Source: Eimeria praecox
Taxonomy: Eukaryota
Assembly (NCBI GenBank): GCA_963920595.1
Contig: OY986946.1
Span: 6,634,001-6,698,000 of the forward strand
DNA length: 64,000 bases
Reading direction: 5' to 3'
Made by a program: the position numbers and the translations under genes. This document shows, piece by piece, positions 53,301 through 64,000 of the stretch. The notes under the pieces are model-generated. The model saw only the letters and a list, made by a program, of their open reading frames with translations. It searched no databases and was not told where the DNA came from. Position 1 is the first letter of the stretch; every line of letters begins with the position of its first letter.

Positions 53301-56300
53301 TGTGTTACGTTGCTGTCTACTGCGTTGGCTTCAGCTGCTGCTGTAACTGCTGGCCTTGCGCAGCGTAGACACGGACGAGATGGGCGGGATGGGATTTATG
53401 GCGTTGCCTGTGTTAATCCTTCGATAGGATTGAAATTTGGCTGCAACGGGTGTTTGCTGCCTGCTAAAGATAGACAAGGAGGTGCTTGGGGCTGATTGGA
53501 AATGCGGGGTTTGTGCAGGTCGTTCCTCACTTGAATGGGGTTTTGTCTAAGGGTGCGCCGTCTCTTGCAGTGCAACTTGCACAGGTAGTGGGGGGCAGAC
53601 GCCAGACTAAAACAGTCTGTGTGTTACAGTAGAAAGAAGTAATCTGCACTTCGCCTGTATGGTTGTGTTGCGGCTGTTGTGGCTTTTGAACTGCTGCTGC
53701 TGCTGCGCCGTGTCCCTTATTGCGGGCCGCAGCCGTCATCGCCGGCTGTTCCAGTAATGACATGCAGACCCAAGAATTCGCACTGGCTCTCGCTTCCGCA
53801 TTGGCAAAGGTACTCCTTTGCTTCACTCCCTCACAAGAGAGGATTCTGGCGGTCGTTCGTGCGATTCAGTGCCGATAATGATGAGCCCTTCTCCACCTAG
53901 TTGGCCGCCTGTGGGATTGAGAGATGTGCACTTATAGGAGATTGTAAGTAAGGCATCTGCATGCAGTGTGCGCTTCCGTAGGCCTGCGGATCTGCTTTCG
54001 TCCCGCACTACCCGCCGTTCGTAGTGGCGCTACGGAACCTCTTGGGTGGAGATGATCCTGCAGGGAAGCAGAAGGTGCAGCAGCTGCTGGAAGATCACTC
54101 GGGGCGCTGCCTGCTGCAGGCGGCAGTGGAGTTTGCTGCAGACCTTGGAACAGCCGTGGGCAAGGATGTCTTGAGGCCTGTACGTCTGAGGATGTGTGCA
54201 GAAAGCGGGAACCCAGCCGGTTCATTACTCTCTTCCGGAGAACTGCACCTTTTGCTGCTTGTTTGGCTCCTTGCTGCAGAGGTTGAGCGGAAAATGTGAG
54301 CTTGTGCTGAGGGACCTGGGTGTGCCGGCTGCTGCAGGACGCTCCGTGGCTAGTGGACCGTCTTCACAGCCTCCTCCTGGCTTGCGAAGCCGTTCCCGCC
54401 GCCTCGGCTGTCTTCAGCGCTATTATGGTATGCCTCGCTGTTGCCGCGCCTGCATGTGGTCCGGAGCTGCTCCAGCAGATGCAGCCGTTGATGGATATTG
54501 TTCTCAAAAAGGCCCAACTAGGCATCCAGGTGCGACGAAGGGGCACTCTCCTTTAGCAGTGCGATGTCCCGCGCTAGACGGACTTAGTGAACGGATAGTA
54601 ATTTGCATGCTTTGTTTTGAAAAAGTTAGGCAGCTGTTACAAGCATGTTATGTGCTGTTTCTGCGTTGCCGCGGGAGTGTGCTGTGGATACTCCTCCGGG
54701 ACGCGGCGGCAATGGGAAAGTCATGGCCCCGATAGGATACTGACACATCGTGAGGCCAGCAGCATCCTTAACCCCCAGGGCGTGTTCATTTCTTGCAGAT
54801 GGGCATCGCCCAGGATGTTGGGGCGCCTGCTGGGTCGCTGAATGCGGGCGCAGAGCTGTCGGAGGAGGGAGGTGTATCACAGTTCCGCGTTCAGGACAAA
54901 TCAGGCAAACAAACCATCATTTCGATCAATACGGTGAGAGCCGGTCGATACTTTGCTGTAAAGCTGCAATAAGCCTCTCCAACCAGGGGCTGCTGGCACC
55001 TCATCAGTAGCTTGTGCTTTTAGGGAAAGCTGGAGTTGATGGTTTCCAGTGGGCCTCTGTGCCTTCTGCAGTCAGGTGCAGCTCTTCTTGTTTCAACAGA
55101 TTTACTACTTGCTAGGGGTATCGGGACGTAGTGTATTCGCTTGTCAGAAGTGGATGCATTTTGTGTCCCGCTGTGCGCAGGCCGCTGTAGAAGAACGGCT
55201 GGCTGCACTTCGCCTCCTTGGGGCTCTTGCGGCGGCTGTCGGGGCGGCCGCGCCGGTTGCTTGGGGGAAGGAATGGACTGCCGTTGCTCTTGAAAGCTGC
55301 TCCTCGGAGTTTTCGATCGTCCGCAGTGCAGCATTTGAGGTGAGGATGCCTCCCCTGCTTGTGCCTGAACCCAAGCATTTCTGCCCTGGTCAACGAAGCC
55401 GATCCTGCTGCATCCGGGTCATCAGTTGCAGGTTTATGAAGGGTGGCACTCATGCAGGCGCTTCCGGGTTGTCTGACGGCTCTAGCGTCCTCCCCAGAGC
55501 AGCAGGGCCAAGCAACTACGGCTGCCTTGGAACTCGTTGCTTCTTTCTTGTCAAGCAGCGAGGGCCAGCTGCCCCTCTCGACGGCAGCTATCGCAGCAGA
55601 ACATATGCTGCCCGCTGTCGCCCAGATCGTAGCTGACCAGGCAAAACGACAAAGGGAAGGTATGCTACCAGAGGAATGTAAGGTGCCTTTGGCACAGAGG
55701 TCAGCTTTGCTTGAGAAGCTCTTCGTCGGCATGGGCAAGCTCATACTCCCGTACGTTTTGCAGCCTCCTGTACCCCCCTTGCAAGCAGTAACTGCCAGAT
55801 GGCTTTCTGATGTCCTCTCAACTCCTTCTCATTCTGCCTGCATATAATGGCTTAAGCGTCTTGATTCGGACGCAATTGTGGTGGCCTGTAAAAGAGAAGG
55901 GGCTCGAAAGGGTTCGTAGTGGCCGTGGGGGCGTTGGCTGCCGCAGGGTCTTGACTCGCGAATTCGAGCGTCTAGCTACGAAGGAACAGCAGGACGATGA
56001 ATGGGAAGTGAGCATTTTGGAATGTCTCCACCTGTTTAGCCTGTGCTGCAAACAGAGCAGACAGAGAAAGCTAACTTTCGTGCAACACGCACTGTTGCGC
56101 CCTTCAGGATCTTAGTGACGATGACCAAGAAGAGGACACCAGCTCCTTCTATGACGCTGTCATGCAATGCTCCGGCAACTTTTTCAAGGTATCAACGCGC
56201 AGTGCAAGCTGTCTGCTTGCCTTCGCCACCAGTATAATGCGACTTATGCGAAACTTGCTAGGCCGGCTTAATTGTGAATTAGAGGCCACCACAGTTGTGC

Positions 56301-57864
56301 ACATCTCTAAACCTGCAGCGCATTGCAGATTTATAACCGTCATGCACTATGCACTTAGACTGAAGCAGGAGCAGGACAAGCGAACACGATTAGCGTGTGC
56401 TCGTTTCCATGTGGGCGGGACCCTTGTCTTGAGAAGAGGCCCGAGGAGTAGGAAATAAGCTTAGTGCATGCGCTTTCCATTTGCATCAATGTGATGAAGG
56501 ATACTCTAGAATCCCCTAGTGTATATGCTTTGTGCATGCACGCTTTATTGCATCCACCAGGTGTACGGGCCGGATTGTTTGCCGCATTTTGATGCGCATT
56601 TGCGTCTGCCATACGGTGCGCTGTTAGCGCATGACCAGTCAAGTTACTATGGGAAGGTGAGGTCTTCCACTCACAAATAAAGGAAGTTGCTGCAATTTTT
56701 TGTGCTTTGCTGTGGGCTCAAATTCTGGCAAGTGCCAAAGGCTCTGTAGTTCTGCACCACCCACAGCTGCAGCATCGTACGGTTGGTTGTAGAATAGAAT
56801 AAGGCGGAAAATCCGACACTCTCTGCGCTGTTCGCAGGTTGCAGCTCTGTGTCTTTATGCTGATGCGATCAACTACGGAGACCCGGCGGCCACGTTAGAG
56901 TACAGCAAGGTGTTAGTCCCCGCAGCGTTGCTGGCCGTGAGCCCCCAGGCAGAATGGTCCATTGATGAAGAGCACATGCTAGCTATTTCAGCTTCGACAT
57001 ACGGGCTGGGTAGGTAATATTTTTCCAGAAATCAGTGAAGGAAACGCCATCCTTGACACTTCAGTGTTCATGAACTCCAGTGCGAATTCGCGCTCTGCAT
57101 TTGGAAAGATGTTTTGTGGGGCCGCAGTTGCATTCGTGTCTTGTTGGCATTCAATAAAACGCTCCCTCATGAAGCAGTTGCAAGTGGCATCCGAGCTGGG
57201 TTATCAAGCCCCATGGGCGCACTGCTTGCTAGGAAAATATCTTGGATCCCATTCATTTAAACCTAGTGGCGACTTCTAGGGCGATATTGGGTAGAGAGGT
57301 TTGCTTATGCGTCCTTTGCGTACAGGCGTTGTGGCGCAACGACACCCTGAGCTGTTTGCCTCGCAGATCCAGGGAACGCTGGAGGCCCTGGAACGGTGCA
57401 TTGCTAGCCCGTTGCTGCGGTGTCCCAGCGGTAGGGCGGCAGCGGACGGGACTGCATGCGCACTTCTGAAGGTTTATTCAGGGTTTTATAGAACTCTGGG
57501 AATTGACACGGCTTCCGCGAAAGTGGCTACACTGTTAGAGACGTGGTGGGTAGGAGCCCCAATTAACTTGCGGCCCATCGCAAATTTTTCCAATGTGAAG
57601 TGTCTTCTCCTGGCTGCTCACAGTGAGCCATCTCTGCGGGTTTCGTCTATTTACAGGTTCCCTCTTGTGGAGGATGAGCAAGAAATCTACGATGCGCATG
57701 AGCTGTTACTACAGATGGTCATTCAGGACCATCCCCTAAGCTCTAATCCATTAGTGCGGCAGCAGATGCGGCGCCTAGTAGACATTCTTGCTGGTAAACC
57801 CGAGTTGGTAGGGGAGCGGGCAAGACGAGAGCTGCTGCAAGCCGCGAAGGACAAACTCTGCTGA
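50321..57864 (+). CDS. Importin-beta family karyopherin (importin-4/5-like), multi-exon HEAT-repeat protein
   Basis: Importin-beta N-terminal pattern from 50661 (LEQLQSPDSAVRSAAEDLL...RQLAAVLVRR), HEAT-like segments (VRKAAAEAIGEL, DARLRWQGLKCLGSMVE, VRSAAFE), an acidic loop, and C-terminal FPLVEDEQEIYDAHELL resembling importin-4/5. Stop at 57864; first exon uncertain. Confidence 0.8.
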
Positions 57865-59457
57865 CCTGCGTCAGTTATTTGTCTCGTAACCTCTAGCGCC
57901 GAGTCGGCGTTTAATGTCGCATCATGCACTTGTCTGCACGCTGCGAATACTATTTTATTCAGTAAAATAATAGAGACGTCACGTGGTTTTGATTATTCAA
58001 GGTGCACTGCAACCCGCATGCAAACAAGCCTCCCAGTGCGCCAGATCCGTCACGCCGTCCGTTGCTGTTCATCGGCTGGAGTGACGGACAGGCTTGCTTC
58101 GTAATGGAATCCGTCAGTAGTAGAGTCTATACGTGGGGCTGCGACGGGTGTACACACTCTGGTTGAATCATGAATGGATAGCTCTCTAGCGCTCATCTGC
58201 ATACTTGCAAAATGCGTGCTATAGGGCAGCAAGGAATCTCCTTTACGTCGCAGTCCCGGAAGCACTGACGCCCCTTAGATGGAGGCAACTTGCCCACTGA
58301 GCGACGAACTCGGGCGTGCGTTTTTGGTGTAGTGAGTGCGGCGTTCGGGGCTCCACAACCCTTAACGCTGGCCTGGGAGGCTACACCCTGTTCGTTTCCT
58401 TGATATTATTCAATAATTGCATAAGGTATAGGGGTCAAATTACTCTATTCAACATGCGAGTGCAGTGGCGGCCGCCGACTTTGGACCTTTTCGAGGTCCC
58501 TGCCAGGACTTCTGTGGCTGGGCTTACAATTCGGGGCGAACCACCATCTGAAATTCAAAGCATATCAGAACAAATGCTCCACCAGTTGCAGGCTTTAAAG
58601 CTGGGCCTACCCTTAACCTTGTACTCCAAATCGCTGTGAAGCCGCTTTGCGCAGCTTTGTGTTGGTAGTTGAGTGGAGGCGTGTGGTGAGGGCAGCAGGT
58701 CGCCGCTAGACTTTCGGGCCACACAAAGCCTTCCCGTATTGAGGGCAGATGAGGAACCTAGAAATGTTGCTTTCGGCGTTCGCGCAAGGGGAGGTGCGCA
58801 GATTTCTTGGTCCCAAAAACCGTCAATTCCTGACTGCTTAGCACTGAAAGGGGAACTGCGCCAGACATTTCTCAGAGATCCTAAACGTATTGCAACGTAA
58901 GGTGTTTCCTTGGCTGCATCTGCAAAAAAACCATGGTCGACTGCTGTGAAAACCAACACTGGCGGACGCTTTCAGGAGCCCTACCCTGGGTGGAGTCAGG
59001 GTACAATATTGCTATTGCCTGTGCAGCATCCGCATTGTTTGCAAAGACACTGATGGGAGACGGGACGGATACGTGCATCACCATTGCAAAAATACTCCGT
59101 GCCCCGCAGTTGCATCACGCGAAAGTGATTGAAGGTGCACTTCTGCAATGCAAACGACCATGGCCATGGTGTACGGACAAGGTGCTCCCTGGTGAACTAG
59201 AAGCTGATTAACTCCCCTATGCCGCGTTTTTTGAGAGGCTTCATAGTGCACCTTAATACTGGTTTAGAAATCTTCTAATGGATATGGCTGAAAGTTAGGC
59301 TTCAGCCACGGTCACAGATACATCAAAAACTTGTGTTGCTAGACGATGTGTAGGCGTGGTATTTGAGCACCCGCCCCACGCGGACCTTAATAGGTCATTT
59401 CAGCATGGAAAACTAAAAATGTCGTTGGTACAATAGCGAAATCCCTGTTATTCTGTT

Positions 59458-60786
59458 TCATGAAGGCTGAAATAAATGATCAGGAAGCTCACACCTTCCA
59501 GCGTAGCTTTCCGCAGCGCCTTTCTTCGTGACTGAATGCGCTGCAACGAAAGTCGCCTTCGCCACCGCAGTTTCGGGTGAATTGGGTGTTTGCAGGAGGA
59601 AATGAGCAAACGATCCTGCAAATGAGTCGCCTGCGCCCGTCGTATCGACCACATGCTCACTCGGAACGTGCTTCGCAATTGGCACTTTTACGGCACTCCC
59701 ACTTGCAAATATAACGCAAGGATGGGCTCCGCATGTGATAACAACATTAGCGCGACCTCGGACGCCCTCAGGAAACCGCGAAGCAGTACGAAGCATCACC
59801 TCGTGGAGACGGCGTGCAATATGTGCTTCGTCATCCGCTTCGGTGACAGCCGCTTCGGCGTCCCATGCCTTCACTAGTGCTTTTGCTTCAACGCTGTTGC
59901 AAAGAAGAAAATCGGTGAAGCAGCAGATTTCCGGATCTACGCAATCCACCGGTGCCGGCGTAAATACCGTCAAGACATTGGCATTAGCCTTCTTAGCAAT
60001 TCGAAAACACTCCACTGAGGCTGACCCCGGAACTCCATTCTCTGAAACGATCACTTTGGCGCCACCCAATAACCTGAAACGCAGCATCAAATGCCAACTG
60101 GATCGTGAATGCCGCGCTTAACTGAACCCAGGAACCCAGGCCGCTTCGCCTCACACAACCTTAGCGTACACGGGTATCTGCGGCGGAGTAGGCAGCTGTT
60201 AGGCTACGCTCTGCATATGCTCTCAGTATGGTGCTGCACTGCTGCAAAAATGAAACAGGGCTGTGGTAAGTTACGAAAGGACAGGCTCAGCCGAGATGTG
60301 CTCCTTGTTCAATAACGCGTTCGCCCCGGGCATGTACGCTATGGTATTTTCCCCGCCGTTCGCAACAGTAACGAGAGCCGTGCCAGTTCCAGCTTGCGGA
60401 TCTATGGTGATGCCTCTGGTATCAATACCCAATGAATGAAAGTGGCGCAGAAAGCTCAACCCTGCAGTATCCCTTCCAACCCTACCAACCATCGCCACAC
60501 CGCAGGTGGATGTGTTGAGTCCATTTGCCGCTGTTCCGTTTTCCAATGACGAAATATCCGAGGCTTGCTGCGAGGTACCAAAGGCGCACTCGTGGGTCAC
60601 TTTTGCATTAGTTGAACTCTGACGTAGGAGGGCAGCTTGAGCAGCCTGGTTAGCTCCTTTGCCTCCAAAGTGACTCTCCAGCGCAGAGGAGAACACAGTC
60701 TCCCCTGCGCTCGGGAGTCGCGATACAAAGGATACAAGGTCAGAATTGATGCACCCCACGACAACGATGTCTATGTTCGCGGTCAT
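59458..60786 (-). CDS. RBKS: Ribokinase (PfkB family), 375 aa; exons 60786-60275 and 60073-59458
   Basis: IVVVGCINSDLV...RLPSAGETV, GGKGANQAAQAALL, MVGRVGRD, TGTALVTVANGGENTI...PGANALL, NSVEA and PfkB signature VDTTGAGDSFAGSF; single phase-2 GT-AG intron. Confidence 0.92.
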
Positions 60787-61328
60787 TTTCACGTGAAGTG
60801 TGCACATGCGTGTGAAGCCCAGTAAGGGCAACCGATGGAGGATCAAGCACCTAAAGACAGGCGGACGATGCTTGCTTGTCAACTTCTTCGAAGAGGTAAG
60901 TAATGGCTCGGCTCCATTCAAGAAATACTAGAGCCCGAGGATGCATGCGTAGGGTCCCCGCCAATGCGTGAGGCCATGCCTGGATGAAGGGCTCGTCAAC
61001 AGAAGCATCAACTTTTTAAATCCATCTTTTAAAAATTCGGTGGCAAACGATAGATTCTTTTGCAATATGGGATGCACTCAGCGGATTCCTTAACGCCTCG
61101 GGACTGACCTGCAGCCCCAATCGACGAGTGTATCATTTTCGGTGTCCCTTGATTGGAATAGCTGCACAGTTGAAGTATGGTACGCCTCAAAAGGTGTTGT
61201 TGTTGCAATTTCTTTCGCATATACACAAACCGAGCGCCTACACAGGAACTGCTGAGCGAAGCTCAGCTGCCGAACCGACGACGCGACCGTAGAGCCATCA
61301 GCGGCCCCTGCAGCTCCTCATCTTCAGG

Positions 61329-61844
61329 ATGGGAGCCTCTTTGAGCAAGGATGCGTTGGAGGGTGGGAGCCATAAGGTATTTCTGTTGCTTCAAGCTTTT
61401 GTTGCCCCACTGCTGCAGGCGCACAACAGCACCAGCGGCACAAAATCCCTTCCCTCCTACACCTGAAACCCCAGATTCCCGTTGATATAGCTTATGTATG
61501 TTTCTGTAGCATGGCTGTAGGCCGCCGCTGGTTCATTCCAGAACCAGTTTCCATGGTAGTCTAGGGACGGCCCACGTGGTACCCACTCGACGCTGTGTCC
61601 CTTCCTCAAATGATGCTTCTTTGTACTGCCACTCGATAGCCACGTGCAGATGCCTCATTACGGGCTGAGTGTATGAGTGTCCCTTCTGCAGGTGTGGCAC
61701 CGTTGTTGTTTCGCCTGGAACCGGTGGCTCCACCCGATCTTACATTATGGGACGGTACCAGCTATCTTCGCGTTGGGCCTTGCGGTCAACGACGAGCTCA
61801 CGGCGAACCCTGTAACTCTTTTCCAGAAACTTATTTTAAATTGA
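61329..61844 (+). CDS. TOM7: Mitochondrial outer-membrane translocase subunit Tom7, 66 aa; exons 61329-61376 and 61692-61844
   Basis: Spliced product MGASLSKDALEGGSHK|VWHRCCFAWNRWLHPILHYGTVPAIFALGLAVNDELTANPVTLFQKLILN*. HYGTVPAIFALGL fits the Tom7 H[YW]GFIPx[IV]xxLG transmembrane motif and the size fits; phase-0 GT-AG intron. Confidence 0.8.
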
Positions 61845-62442
61845 CGTGAGGTTCTTCATGATGGCCACCATGTTGTGCAATATAGGAACATTTTAGTTAG
61901 ATCGCCTGACTGTGAAGGGCGTGCGCTCCCGCAAGTTGCCTGTAGACAGAACCCCGTCTGTCGGTAGGGCTTCGTCGGTCTAACGAACCATGTACCAACA
62001 AGGTACTTTATCATATGGGGATCCTTGCTCTGCGTGCCGGTTGCCAGTCTCCTGTTGCTGCCTGCTTCCTTTTTGCCGGGGATGTGTGCTGCCCATGAGG
62101 AAGCAAGTCCTGCCCTTGCTTAAGCACTCAGCTTGGTGCTTAATTTTATTTGGACGAGGTGTCATAGTGGCGCGTGAAGTCGCGTTCACCGCCGCTGCTT
62201 TCGGTGGCCAATGAGTATCACATCCTGAAGGCCCTTCTTCCCAGGCTGGGGCTTGCAAACTGCACTGTGCGCACGGCGGCACAAGCTATTCCTTTAGCTG
62301 TACTGGTAGCATCGGTGCCTTCTTCCACGGAAAGTGTTGGCCTTCAGCCGCCCCCTTTCCGAGGAGCTGAGCATCCCTAATGCTTGGGAGTGCCTGCTTG
62401 CACCATCAACTCATCTAACTACGAATTCTTTGCGTCGTGCAG

Positions 62443-63044
62443 ACGTGGCTTGACTGCTACAAACTATTTATTTGGGGCTGTTATCATGCAAAGGCGGAAC
62501 CGTGGAAACGACTGCAGAAGCTGCTGCGTTTCCGCATACCTGACGGACAAGTACCCACTGGCCCTTTACATCATTCAGTTACACACATGCGCGTAGTGCA
62601 ATGCTATCCACGACCTCCTTTTAGCCACACTCACGGCAGCAGCAGTGCATAAACTGCTCCTCACACAAGTCTCTGCTAAAGCAGCCAGTAGCATGCGGGT
62701 ACTAAGCCGTTAGGCGTTAACACAGCCGAGTACAAATGGAGTTGGCATAGATCCAAACGGACGCACGCACCGCATATCTGTAGGTGCCTGGAGACGCCAT
62801 TGAATACGCCCCAATTCGCTGCACAGATACTTCACCCTACTGGATGACGGTGTTGGGGAGTTCGTGGCGCTTTCAACAGGAAGGACAGTCGCTTGCACAG
62901 TTGACTGCCTGCATGGACCGTCTAGCGGCCAGTCGCCTGATTCGTGAGACATTGCGGAAACTAATCAGATACGCCGTGAGTGCAGAGTTCACCTCCTTCG
63001 ACGGCCCAATGACCTGCATTTCTTATGATAGCATCACTGTCTAG
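62443..63044 (+). CDS. Possible hypothetical coding exons 62443-62550 and 62784-63044
   Basis: Two segments joined in phase 0 by GT-AG (TWLDCYKLFIWGCYHAKAEPWKRLQKLLRFRIPDGQ|VPGDAIEYAPIRC...). No start exon or family found. Confidence 0.25.
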
Positions 63045-63058
63045 ACAGCATTCAACCA

Positions 63059-64000
63059 TTAAAGCTTGGCGCAAGTAGCCTCCGTCTTGTGATTGCTTTC
63101 GTCTGAAACGCTGTCGGGGGTGTCTGGCGGGTTCCTTGTCAGCTCACTGATGCTCCTCCCGAGCTTCTTCATGCGGGACGCAATTCGTATCCTCGCATCT
63201 CTCACAAGCGTGGGAACTTTCAGTTTCACGCAGTCTTCACTCCGTTGTATGCTGCGCGGTCGCTTTGTGCGGAAAATATCGAGAATTGCCTGCGGTTCAG
63301 CATTTTGAAATGCTACCGCGTATGTTGCCGTAAACAGCGGGAACAGATGTTCAACTTCATTTGCACGTATCACCTCCGCCACCAGTTCGAGTGTAGCTGG
63401 CCCCTGGTGATGTGCGAAGAATGCATATGCACACACGCACACACACGCAAACACACACGCACACACACCCACACACACGCAAACACAAAATAGCGCAGGA
63501 CTGTGAAGTAGTCTATGGTGGAGCGCGCACGTTAACAGAAATGTGCTCACACCTAATAGCCCCTCGTATCAAAATGTGAAAATAGCCGGCATCAAGAGAA
63601 TCAGCATGCACGTACTTGCAGCTTCTGGCCGTTGAGCATTTCCTTCTCCAGCTGATCCCAACCCTTTCCCTTCTGGCGCACGAATGCAGCAGCTACTCTG
63701 GCGTTGCGTCCCCCGAAGACAGTCGTGATGACATCAGCATAGCCCGCGCTATCGTAGAGCGTGTCCTGTATCAAACAAAAAGTACAAGGCGGGGTGAGTT
63801 ACTTTATCTGGGATGGCCGCATCCATTGTATCCCGTAGGGCATTATGCAAGGCACCCGCTTGTGGGATAAATGCGGAAGACGATTCAGGTAGCTCACAGC
63901 AAGCAGATCACCAAAAAATAGCATGGTGAATGTCTTTATCTCCTCTACTCCTAGACGGAGGATTGCTGCCTTTGTGTTAGTACCCTGGCCCATTCCTTCG
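63059..64000 (-). CDS. GPD: NAD(P)-dependent glycerol-3-phosphate dehydrogenase, 5'-partial; exons >64000-63898, 63765-63616, 63403-63059
   Basis: [64 protein letters not shown] and [12 protein letters not shown] match the GPD1/GpsA C-terminal domain; phases are consistent. Confidence 0.92.

Overview
Eukaryotic, intron-rich DNA that looks like a coccidian apicomplexan, most likely Eimeria (inferred from pervasive CAG/CTG tracts, TGCATGCA motifs and an apicoplast MEP-pathway gene). The first ~33 kb is repeat-rich and the rest is repeat-poor. Genes reconstructed by hand from splice sites and phase: the 3' five exons of DXR (+); a tentative small minus-strand gene with a poly-Cys tract; a giant (~8,500 codon) ankyrin/SPRY-like/HECT E3 ligase (+) spanning a 200-N gap that is probably a 15-bp overlap; a small unidentified membrane-protein gene (-); a possibly decayed gene (-); a 17-exon signal-peptide gene whose N-terminus is built from symmetric micro-exons (42/18/33/42/18/33 nt); an importin-4/5-like karyopherin (+); ribokinase (-); a two-exon Tom7 missed by the ORF track (+); and the 3' end of an NAD(P)-dependent glycerol-3-phosphate dehydrogenase (-). 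No rRNA, tRNA, CRISPR or clear transposon ORF was seen. All models are unverified by transcript data or database search.
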